From Botryllus schlosseri (taxonomy: Eukaryota): 64,000 nucleotides of DNA. The notes beneath the pieces are model-generated. The model was not told where the DNA came from, did not search any database, and saw nothing but the letters and a program-made list of their open reading frames with translations. This document shows, piece after piece, positions 38,204 to 49,385 of the stretch. The position numbers and the translations under genes are program-made. The stretch's first letter is position 1, and each line of letters begins with the position of its first letter. The stretch spans positions 1,922,001 through 1,986,000 of the forward strand of contig CM119382.1 in the NCBI GenBank assembly GCA_051294905.1. The letters run 5' to 3'.

Positions 38204-39013
38204 TAGGGCCGTTTTTTTAACCTAAAAAAAAGAATATTTTGACCTGAAAAACGAGAATTTTGACAAAATTTTGACCTCACGTATGTAAATTATGTGTTTT
38301 CGCCCATGTTAGAATTGTAGGCTTCTATTTATCTTCATTTCTGGTTTGAACTGTCTGTCCTTACAGAGTAGTGGGCCTGAAAAAACTTTTTGATTTAGAA
38401 ACTGACAAATTTTTACGTGACAAATCTTTCTTTAAACGAAATCTGGACCCATGAAGAATTCCAGTAGTTGCATCACGCATAATGGTACAAATATTAGAAA
38501 TTTGTTGCAGTAGCCTACAACGAAAGATACACTCTACATTTTACCCGGGTAGAAAGTGTCTCTCCTTACTAAGTAGCCTGCTAAGAAGGGAAAAAGAACA
38601 TTCAACAGCAGCAGTTGCTGGCTGGCAACACTGCAGTTGTCCATACACTGCTGGTGACACACCGTGTTGCTTCAGTTTGTAGATGTTGTCTATGTCACAT
38701 TTTTTCATCATGCTCATCTTGATAAAGAACCAATGCGCACGCAGTCTTGCTACAGTTAGGATATTGCGGTGCGTTGAGCATAACACCATGTAAACCTATT
38801 TGTTTCATTTGATCGTTTATGATTCACAATGAGCAGACAATGGGCCGTCTACAACGGTAGGCCTATAAAGCTGGCAACAGGATGTAAACTTTCAAATGTT
38901 AAGTTCACCGACAGTGCAAACATCCACGATACAAACGAAATGCAGGTTGCAAAAAATTGTGAACTTTTTTCGACCTAACGTTACAATTTTGACATTCAAA
39001 ATAAATCACCCTA
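38204..39013. mobile_element. Ac-type hAT deletion derivative (uninterrupted copy of 1401-3049)
   Basis: tagggcc / cacccta, TSD gtcgtcat / gtcatcat. Minus-strand QPATAAVECSFSLLSRLLSKERHF resembles the hAT dimerisation motif PATSxxxERxFS. Confidence 0.85.
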
Positions 39014-39399
39014 GTCATCATGAGACCAGTGTATGTGTGTTGCTATGGGTTGGATTCTTCATTTTGCTCCTTAGCTTTAGTAAGATAATCCATCATGGAG
39101 GTACAAAACAGCAATATACAATTGAATGCCGTAATATATTGATATTGAATTAAACCGGAATTTTTTTTTGGCTGACAATCGTCACAGGTAATCGCCAGCT
39201 ACTAGTAGAGAATTGGAAAGAACATTGTACATCAACAATCGTATCACAAAATTATGACGTCAAAAATATTTGGGTTTATTTCAATATCAATATTATATTC
39301 AATTCTATAATCCTCCTGTGTATGAAATTACACTGTCTCTCTCATGACTCTGAAAAGGGATGCTCATAAATAACCATACTGTAATGGAATAAGAAGGTT

Positions 39400-39900
39400 C
39401 GGTACAATACATACATATACTGTCAACTATCTGTGATAACATTTCTGAACTTACAATGCTAATTCTATGTTGCTATACTAAGCATTCATTAACAAGTTCC
39501 AGGCACTACATCTTTCTTTAATTCTGTGACAATATGCTACCAATGATTAATATAATCCATCCATGCATCAACTAATCTGGCATACTTATACATTGATACT
39601 GACTGCTCTAGCTTCAGAAATTGTTTGGGTAGATCTAAAACAATTACCTTAAGAGCGGAGTTGGCATCATAATTACAAGGCATAGGCCTATGGAAGCAAT
39701 CTATGAGATTTATCTGAAGGAATGCTATGAATGTCACTTATTGCCATGTGAAAGTGGCTTTCTATGTTAGCAATCTTGATATTGTAAACAATTCAACTGC
39801 TAGATCATAACACATACCATTTATAGCACTCCCAAGATTTTCGAACGACTCTCATCAGGAACAACGCTAAGTAAACGCAACTATCCAGATTCAATATATA
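39400..39900 (-). pseudogene. Heavily decayed non-LTR reverse transcriptase remnant
   Basis: LLSVVP...KIL (about 39830-39870) and KVIVLDLPKQF (ORF 39537..39737) resemble the RT motifs SLLSVxSKILE and LDLxKAFD. Confidence 0.5.
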
Positions 39901-41064
39901 CAATGAGTTTTGTTGTGACGTAAAAATAACGAATTACAATACCTTCTGACGTTTGTTCCTGATAAGAGGAAGTTGAGAAACTTACATTGGAGTAACTTTT
40001 GTGCCTCCAATATCCTACGGTACCTCTTTTTTCAATGTTTTTGGTTCATATTTTTTGGTCAGTGGCATGTAACCCCAGAATTTAAAAACTTGAAAGTCTT
40101 CTTTCTGTGTCCCTGTGTCTCTGTTTGAGCTATTTTATGTCAAAATAGGTGCAACCGCCTGACCTTTAAGCCCTTGTGGCATGCCTGAGTGGTCTTGCCA
40201 CGACGAGGTCAAAAGTTAAGCGGTTACATAGGTACTTGGTGATTAAAAAAAGGTCATCACAACAAGCTCACCTGTATTTAAACTTCATTCCTAACATAAA
40301 AGCTATCTAAATGACTTGACATAGATAACGTAGCCTATAGTTCATCATCATCACTGACACACTCATGGCCTCATTCTTATGTGATAATCTGGTACAGGTT
40401 TCATAGTTTCTTGATGATGTGTTTCAACAGCGCCCTTTCACAGAGACCTAGGAGTCCGTGAACTTCAGTTTGAGAACCACTGCTCCAGACATATTATAAT
40501 ACATGATAAAGCAACCAGCAGGCAGAGTTGATGGTGCATTCATTTGTATCGTTGAGTCAAGATTGTTCTTATTAATGTTACTTTACAACGTTCGTCGAGG
40601 GCGATTCCCCTGCCCTGACCATATTAAATTAATAAAACGCCTATTCATATGTTTGGAAACAGAATAAAACCAACTTATGAATCAAACCCATTGGAAATTT
40701 TTTGAGGTTTGATCACACATTCCATGATTGCCATCGGGGTATTGCAGATGCAGATGCCCATATTTGCTGTACATAAATTCAATATCTCGTACGCATAATT
40801 GGACAACTAGAAAATGCTCGAATACCGGTACGATTTTTATACAGCTTTTTCCAAATTACATAGAATTAGAATGCCTGGATTCGCAATAACTTGGAAATCG
40901 GATTCGATCTCAGTATGGAAAAGAAATCCAGCAAGAATCACGTTCAGTTAATATCAAAACAGAGTCCACTGTCATAAGCACGAGAATGGCAAATGTCGGT
41001 ACACCAAGACCGAGCTTGGCTCGTTTCGCGCAATAATTCTCCAGTAGCATTTTCAAGAAAACCA

Positions 41065-41517
41065 CACTACAAAAAAAAATTAGACAATTTGGTCTCAAAA
41101 TTAGACAAATTTGGTCTCAAATTTAAGAAATGAGGTTGATTTGGTCTCATTTTACCACCCACTCACCATAAATGCTATTTTCGACTCAGACAACCATATA
41201 TATATTGATCTGAATGGTATACGTGAGTAGTAAGTGGCATGTACCTTGATAACTATATCTAGTGAATACCTTGTAAACTTAGTACAGGATCATCTCAACA
41301 CTGCAATTTCTGGTCTCTCTCATCCTTCCCCTCCTCCGCTCAGACCCCTAACATTGAAAAGGATGCCCCCAAGGCACTGCTACCATTTTCGATCAATTTC
41401 TGGCTTACTTTTGAGACATAAAGTACTTGGTAAGACTAATTTGTCTTTAAGACTTTTTCTGCTAAAAAATCGATTTGAGACATTGAGACCAAACTTGTCT
41501 AATTTTTTTTTGTAGTG
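41065..41517. mobile_element. CACTA/EnSpm-type MITE inserted in a Repeat A copy
   Basis: TIR cactacaaaaaaaaattagacaa / ttgtctaattttttttgtagtg, 2-bp TSD CA. The host reads aaaacca|gaaa when the insert is removed. Confidence 0.85.
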
Positions 41518-41880
41518 CAGAAAGTAGACTAGAATTTAAATGACAGCACGGAAATATTTCATAAATTAGATTACAATTAGATAACAGCTCTAACTAGTCT
41601 TATTAGCCAATTAGAATTATCTAGTACGAACGGTAGGTCGTGGGTCGGTGTATATGCCGCAAAAAAAACATCAAGGACAAAAACAAACTACGTCCTTTCC
41701 TTCCTTCCTTTAAACGGAACACAATACAGTAACATCCTTACAGGAAGTCATGTACTACATTAACTTCACACGCTATATTATTTTTGGTGATTCCCCATAA
41801 CAGATATAGCCACATACCGCCACCTGTCGGGCAGCTATAATATTGGTGTTGGCCCAGTCTAAGAGGCAACATGCATAATG

Positions 41881-42490
41881 TATATATATATAGAGAGAGA
41901 GAGTCTTTATTTTCATCGAACCAAAATACATAACAAACGGCAGTGATGGTGGTACAGAAAATATGCGTGCACAGTATTCGGTATTAGATAGGAATGATCG
42001 ATAAGACCGTGAAGGTCATCTAGTCTGATCACACCAGCATCAAACAGGTACACTTGACTCAGAACAGTCTGGCTGTAAAAAAATGGAAAATAGAAAAAAA
42101 AATTGAACAATGGTAGCAAATGATCAATGAAGCAATGTCTGGGCGAGGTAGGGCAACAGTGTTAGTGTAACGACAAGATGTGATCAAGTAGAGCTTTTTT
42201 GAATCTATTATAAGGCAATTCACGGATATGTGATGGTAATGCATTCCAGATGATAGGTCCCGAGTAGTCGATAGATCTCTTAGTTAGGTTGCTATTGGGT
42301 TGGGGTAAGTAGACGTCTCCTTTAGACGAAGATCTTGTGTAATGGGAATGGACATGTTTAGCAGGTATGAAAAAGTCATCAAACACAGAGCATATTGAAA
42401 ATGCTGAAAAGGCATACTCTCTGGAGGCACTTTCACGGTGACGTATGTACCTAATAAGCCTCTTAATCTCAAAGTTATCTAACAAAGTAC
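41881..42490 (-). mobile_element. 5'-truncated CR1/L2-like LINE 3' end (ORF2 C-terminus, 3' UTR, microsatellite tail)
   Basis: ORF 42162..42485 HSHYTRSSSKGDVYLPQPNSNLTKRSIDYSGPIIWNALPSHIRE...FKKAL is typical of CR1/L2 ORF2 tails. Ends aataaaga(ct)n(at)n. Confidence 0.8.
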
Positions 42491-43638
42491 ATTAAACAAA
42501 TTCCTTAGATGTCTTTTGAGTCCAGAGGCCGTCAGTAACGAAGTGCTTCTGCTTTTTCCGGATTATATTTTACCGACTTTGAATATATATCATTGAGTAC
42601 TACCTTCACTTCTACTTAGATCATTTTTTAGGTTTAATTACTTATATTCACAATTTGAATTTCAAAATTAAAGAGCAGTTTTGGTTAAGTTTGCACCACT
42701 TCTAATAAGTCCACGACAGCACTCGTACCAGTTAATTTCCGTGCGTATATTCAAAATCGAGTGACGGTCGCGCAGGCCGACGCAACCCATACTCGAATAA
42801 CCTCACAACAGTGAGTGTGCAATACAAAGTATGCCCAATTGCCCATCCTTGTGCAAATTGTTATAATTGTATAATTGTCTGTGATATTTGTACAACATCC
42901 CGCCTGAGGGCGACCACAATCTTTCTTGCAAAACAGGAAAATCCATGTCTCTTTCACAAAACATGATGGACATTTGGACAAGGACAAGCTACGGACCATC
43001 CTTTCTGAAACCGTAACTGAAATACATATAAAGGGGTTGTTCTTAGTGGATTTCCGAGAGGCGCTAGGGATGATACTGATGTGACCGTACAACCCGACTC
43101 CAAAACGCATATTTTTTTCATGCCATTGATACGACTGTTGACATGCAAAGTTCTTTTAAAATATCTAGTAGCTACCGACGGGTGTCATCCGACCATATTC
43201 TGATTTGTTTAAATATGAATATCTTATTCAATGGTATATTGAAGTTCTGTTTCTCCAATAGTATCATGAAATCCAGAATTTATAACGCAACGCTGCCCTA
43301 AATAGGCGTCAAAACTCAAATTGGTTCTATTTTGAAAATATTTACGTAAGCTTCATAACATCAAGATAATCTATCATATATAATACGATGATTCAGAGAA
43401 GAATTTACCCCAATTAGTTATTGTTCATAGCATACGAGTATGTAACGCGTCACCGTTGACCTCGATATATTAAGCCGATATTCAAATGATATGACATCTA
43501 GGTTATACGGTTCCACATCTTCTGAATATCAGCTTACTATATCAGTGTTATCGGTGAGTGTGTTGAATATCGGCTCAAAAATCCAATATCGGTGGGGCTC
43601 TAATCGGAACTCCAGTAAGTTACGAGAAATGGTCCGTG

Positions 43639-44334
43639 GACATATGAGCAATGAGCATGCGACATTACAGCATGCGACAATCTGGCATGCGACACATGAG
43701 CATGTGGGTTAAATTGCGGGTTAGGGTAGGCTTACCATATTTTGGAAATGTAAAAAGAGGACACTTTTTCAGAAATTTCAGACATGCAAAACTGGAGAAG
43801 AATTCTCAAAAAACCGGTAAATTTTTCCCACTTCGTGATCGGTTGACTAAAAAAAAAAAAAGGTCATCACTTCCGCTCAGAGCTCGAAATAACGTTTTTC
43901 TCTCCACATTGCCAGGTGAATGACTAAAAAAAAAGTCTTCTTTTCGCTCAGAGCTAAAATCACCGCTTCTCCCTCCGAAATACCCGCCGGAGCTTCACTT
44001 CTGCGCTAATTTGCGGCATATCACTCGCAATTTGCTCTAAATCTGACTTAAATTTTCAAAAAAGAGGACAAAATCTCAAAAAAGAGGACAAAAGGGCGTC
44101 CTCCGAGGACACTTTCAAAAAAGTCAAAAAAGAGGACAAATCCTCTTAAAAGAGGACGTCTGGTAAACCTAGGTTACGGGTACGTAAGGGTTGGATTTAT
44201 GGTTGGGTTAGGGTTAGGCTTTGGGTTAGGTTAGGTTAGTTTAGGCTATGTTTCGGGTTAGGGTACGTTTTTGGGTTATACAGTCACAATACAGCTGAAC
44301 TGTCGTTTTCCATTGTGTCGCATGCTCATATGTC
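43639..44334. mobile_element. Non-autonomous element with CATGCGACA repeats and a (GGTTAG)n core, split by a MITE
   Basis: Inverted ends gacatatgagca..catgcgaca / tgtcgcatgctcatatgtc; telomere-like tract 43715-43726 and 44172-44280. Confidence 0.7.
43727..44171. mobile_element. hAT MITE with GAGGAC repeats
   Basis: taggcttacca / tggtaaaccta, TSD ggttaggg / ggttacgg (7 of 8). Confidence 0.85.
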
Positions 44335-45244
44335 GGGCAACCATGAGAAATATATAAATATTCCTAGTCTAGCGGTCGCAGATTTTAGTTCTCTGACTCG
44401 TGTCATAAAAATTGCCGAGATTTTTTACCGAGATTTCTTTCAAAGTGTAATATCGGCGTACTATTATCGGCGAACCAATAATTAATAGGCCATTCTCTAA
44501 TTACTACGCAAAGAGTGTTGCAATTAACCCTCATAACAATAACTATTGCATATTCAGCAATAATTTGTAAGCCATGGTATTGTAGGCCTTTACAAAGCAA
44601 TTGAGTGATTCAGATAAGCTTTTCAATCCGCCAAAATCCATATTTCCATTTGGATCATCTCAAGTTTCTGCCAAACTGAAGATGTTTTGTCTGCGGTTTC
44701 CTTCGAGCTGAGACGTTTTTCCTGGCAGATGCGGTCGCCTAATCGCTGAGTTGTTGTTTTGCAACATACCTAAATTAACAGTTTCCATTCAAAATAAAAG
44801 GCCCCGTGTTTTCATAACTGTTAAAGTGCTCGAAAACATCACAGAAACAGCAAGCTGCGCTGAAATTATTTTACACCATACCGGGCGGCGTCTAAGTAGA
44901 CGTTGAAACGTACGATAGGAGCTCATTACAAACAGGAACGGCTCTTGCCCCACTTTCAACACATTAATAGTATGCAAAACGCAACCGAAGCACATATTTA
45001 CTACAGGATGTAAATTAATCACTAACAATCGCATTTCATATTTGGCGTAGTACGTTACCGGCTTCTCCATTCGCAGTTTGGGTGATTCTGCTGCGCAATG
45101 TAGCAAATTGGCGTGGATCACTACAGTTTGTTCACACAGATTTCGAGCATCTGAGCTTTTTGTACGAAAACGAATTTGATTGTGTGTTACTTCATTACGT
45201 ACCATCGATGACGAACACAATGCGTTGGTTTTTACGATCTAGTC

Positions 45245-46273
45245 CAGTGGTTCTCAAGCTTTATAGACACGCCACCCTTGACGATAGCGAACAATTTCGC
45301 GTCCCCCTTATCGTCATATCAAAACGAGGGACCAGAATATTTGCAATCCCAAGGCATAGTTCGCTGGTATGGAAGGTTATCACTGTTGAAAGTTTACGTT
45401 TATCACTGTTCGAATATTAAATCTGGACTATACGAAGCAATAATCATGAGCTGGTAGCAAATCTCGCAGCGCGCGAAGAAACTTTCGGATGGTTGTTTTT
45501 TCAAAATATTCAGGTGCAGTGAAATTGTACCATGTAGCAACTACTTATTTTAGCGATTTTGGTGTTTAATCCCTTCTATTTCACGACTTGGTTTGGCTCA
45601 ATGTACCAGACCACAGTCTAAATCACTACCCGATGGCGCGGGATGCACGCCATTCAAACTTGGCAATTCTTCACGGAACAAATAATTTTCTTTGCGAGTC
45701 GCTGGTGTTCGGCAAGAGAATAATTCAACCGATCAATCGAGAACTTTTGGGCTTCTATAAAATGCGGTTCTCAAGATTGGCATTCTACAAAAATGTGTCT
45801 CAATTGACAAATTGAGTATACTCGGAGTGGCCACTTCGACGTTCTAAGCCACTTCGATTCAAATTGCTTCTAGGAAATCAAATGGCATATTATGTATGGC
45901 ATATGACATGACCTTATTACCAAACATCTTATTTGTCTTTAACTTTGCTCTGATGCTGGACAGACAGACCATAAAAGCAACAGTTAACACAGACGTCCGA
46001 CACGCATTCACAAGCTAATCCTAATTCAGAGGCGTCTTCTGATCGGTGTAAGGTCCGCCATCAGGCACAATCTGGCATCGGTGTATGGGCAGTGTGACGC
46101 TAGTATATGACATTTAAATCGTGACCTCATTAGGATTATTACCGCTGTTGAAACTTGAAAGTTTCAGCACAAATTAACCTAATTCCGAGTTCACAGCCTT
46201 CATTATTCACAGGCGACTTTGCGCCTCACTTCAGATGCTTGATGCTTTCACGCCCTCAGTTTGAGAACCACTG
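45245..46273. mobile_element. Buster/Charlie-type hAT MITE
   Basis: cagtggttctcaa / ttgagaaccactg, TSD atctagtc / atcttgtc (7 of 8). Confidence 0.85.
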
Positions 46274-46288
46274 ATCTTGTCCTTAGTA

Positions 46289-46553
46289 CAGTGGTCTTTA
46301 GCCTTTACTAACATGGCAGACCCTTATGCCAATCTCCAATCTACCTCAAGACAATATATCTAACACTGGTGCACACAACTGTGCAACCGTTAGACATGAT
46401 CTTCCTGAAACTAAAAAGATAATGCTGAATAATTACTGCAAATCAATGTAACATCTGCAGTATGAATCGGATATGTGTCGTCACCTCAGCTCAAACACTG
46501 AGACATGCTCACGGAACTCCGGGCTTCGTATGAAGCCCGGTTAAGAACGACTG
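46289..46553. mobile_element. Short Buster-type MITE
   Basis: cagtggtcttta / taagaacgactg, TSD ccttagta / ctctagta (6 of 8). Internal hairpin ccgggcttc-gtat-gaagcccgg. Confidence 0.6.
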
Positions 46554-46656
46554 CTCTAGTAGCCTATGTGTGAAGTATATTCGTGGAGATGTTAAGGAAT
46601 ATTGTGAGGATATATGTATATTGTATATATCCGCGGTTGCAAAACTATATCTACAG

Positions 46657-46923
46657 CAAGGATCATCAACGCGGTGCCAGCGGGCAAATGACTCGCCCTT
46701 GGCGGCAGTAGCAAATATTCAAATAAAATAATTTAGGGTCGAGGTGGAGACGGGTTCATGTGAACACTGAACAGTAATTGAGCCCAGTGATCTGAATGTC
46801 AAAGTGAAGATATCTAACCAAGCTCGGGTAAACTGAGGGAGTGGGCCTAACTGAAGGCCTTCGCATTTATTAGTATGCTACCCAAGAAGTAGCTCCTGGT
46901 TTCAAAAAGGTTGCTGAGCATAG
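46657..46923. mobile_element. hAT element with 28S cargo (copy 2, shorter and more decayed)
   Basis: caaggatcatcaac / gttgctgagcatag (10 of 14 inverted match). Right subterminal caagaagtagct..gtttcaaaa is shared with copy 1. TSD not convincing. Confidence 0.7.
46698..46842 (+). pseudogene. 28S rRNA-derived fragments joined by a large deletion
   Basis: cttggcggcagtagcaaatattcaaa...gtggagacgggttcatgtgaaca, then gcccagtgatctgaatgtcaaagtgaaga...cgggtaaac..gggagt. Confidence 0.85.
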
Positions 46924-48044
46924 TCCACGAGTGTAAAATATACAACTGAGTATTATATTCATATTTAAATCAACCCGAATATTTTCGGCTAAAACTCTTC
47001 AGGGGTAATCGTAAACAACTAGTACAGAATTAGTATATACTATTCAATTGTATATTGAAGCTCTCAACCTCCAAGAAGCTCTTCGTGTGTAAAATAATCG
47101 ATTGCAAATCATGATTACCCTATTTCTGATTCGAGAATAGCTGCATGCAGGTTGAACAATGCCGCAATGAATTCAATACTAAAACGAACGCCCCAGACAT
47201 ATCTTAAATCTGTTGCGGTGCACTTTGACAGCCAACTATATTGGGTGGGGGCTGGGCACATAACCTTGATACGGTCTCAATTAAGAAGCCATAAATATTT
47301 CATGAACGGACGGACACTCTTTTAATCGATAGGACATCTAGCTCTTATAATCAGGTATGAGAAAGTTTGTAATCAATATGCCGCGCACATAAGCTGTGTG
47401 TACTGTACATCGCCGGGTGTATTTAAACGTTCTACACGACTACGTAGCTTCAGGCTCCGACTTGACATTTAGCGCGCCGACACGGTCACGTCGATTCCTA
47501 AACAGAATATTTTGTATCTCCCAGGCGAATACATTCGATTAAGTGCTGAATATTTGGGAACGACTCAAAAACTTTTACCGGATACTGTCGGGATATACAG
47601 TTTTGATGGAAGTAATCACAGATTAACCAGCATCAGACATCATGCGAATATGGTCGCGAGAGAGATTCCCTTCTTCTGTTTATATCTGCAGCACGAACTT
47701 GCTCGCCATTTTGTGAGAGGACACCTCCATCAATCTACTGAGCATTAATATATCTCGAACCAGTAGAGTCTGAATTGCCGGTACGTCCTTGGTGTGAAAT
47801 ATATCGGGGAGAGTTCTTGAAAAGAGGCGATATCGGAATTATTATCGGTAACTCAATTTTCTATCATATAGTGTTCAATAAATTAAATAACTCATAAAAT
47901 GCCGCCGCAGAGTTACCGCGCCGGGTCGCATAATTCGTACAAACTTGTAGCGTAGTAAGGACTGGAGTCCTCCCAACTGTTGAATGTTTATGTAGACTCC
48001 ATGTCATCTGCTCCGCGTAACCGGTGTATGAAAAATCATAGAAC

Positions 48045-48150
48045 GAACGTAAGCCGTGCTATACAAGATCGGCAGATAAAGGATCACAATGAAGAATATT
48101 AACCTGGTGTAAATGACCATTGCAGTCGAAGAAATACCCAAGAATACCAC
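48045..48150 (+). mobile_element. SINE family 1 3' fragment
   Basis: gtgctatacaagatcgg...cctggtgtaaatgaccattgcagtcga. Confidence 0.6.
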
Positions 48151-48778
48151 AAACAAAATTGAGGCCTACATAATAGCTTGAGGGGAGATCATTGTGCCAT
48201 ACAATCACAGCTATAGTCACGGAGCTTACATTGTATAATGTGATTCAGATCTGGCGATATGTTTCTCTAAAAGATAATCACTGCCAAGGGCGATGTGGGC
48301 CGCGGCCAATGAATTTGCACGTTCAAAGTTCCGAGATTTATATTACAAGAATCCGTCTGGCGTAACATACAATTTCACTTTCAGGAGATTTATCATTTTC
48401 AAATTTCGAAGTACACACTTGCCTTTTTTCAACTTGATCCTCGAATGTTTTGAGAGCTTGCGTTGGAAGCAATTTTCTTCTGTGTCAGTCAAGTCGGTAC
48501 AGATCCAGCATACATCAGGTTTATGATATCGATGGTGGCTAGATGAGACATTGGCGGAAAGAAAACACTTGATTGGTTTGATGCAGTTGGTCTCAGAGAG
48601 CTTTGAAATACTGCAGTCATGAATCTAAGTCAAGTTGCGATCACGTTGGTTCATTTTATTAATCATTCCGTTTTTTCGAAACACAACTAGATTGCGATTT
48701 AATGAAAAGACAGGAAGTACTAGTCTTTCAATGGCTTTGCCAATATACGATTCTTAAACTAGCTATGTTACTGATTAT

Positions 48779-49385
48779 TAGGGCAAGTTTTTGTAACTTT
48801 TGCAACTTTTTTTTTACAGCTTCCGGCAGCTTCCTAAATACTTGAAAGTTATCTAGTATGGTGTTTTAAGCTGTTTGGAGGATTTTTATATTGCAACTTT
48901 TTGCAACTTTACTCCATTTTTTACATGTAACTTATTGAAACTTTTCCCTCTTTTCGTTAAACTTTTTGCAGGTTTTATCAATTTTTCATGCAAATTTCTA
49001 CAAGTTTTTCGATATTTCATGTAACCAACTTTTATGTACTGGAAATATTTGGCACTATATGTGAATTGATCGTTTGATTATTTCACTGTCGTTTAAATGT
49101 GAGGTCCTTTCTGATTCGACGTGCATTCAGGCTAGACCGCCAAAAATTATATTTTCAATGGTTCAATTTTTTCAGGCTATTGATTTTGTTGAGGTCGCCA
49201 ACACTGAGTTTTGCTACAGTGCCTTGGATACGGATTCTGGTATATCACACGCTAATAATTTCAAGGAACTTGTCCATAATGTTCATATAGTAAAACATTT
49301 GTTAAAGATAAATGTAGCTTTTTACTGCAACTTAATAAATAAATGCAACTTTCCACGGATTCGACTGTAACAAAAACTTGCCCTA
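48779..49385. mobile_element. Ac-type hAT MITE (GCAAC arrays)
   Basis: TIR tagggcaagtttttg / caaaaacttgcccta, perfect TSD ctgattat. Confidence 0.9.

Noticed and set aside
42935-43015. DGHLDKDKLRTIL, an EF-hand-like mini-exon
   Set aside because: The loop is incomplete and no partner exons were found.
44789-45420. Overlapping 143-aa and 112-aa ORFs
   Set aside because: No recognisable domain; one runs into a MITE.
29109-46842. Functional rRNA locus or rDNA array
   Set aside because: The fragments are short, deleted, diverged and TIR-bounded; no 18S, 5.8S or ITS is present.
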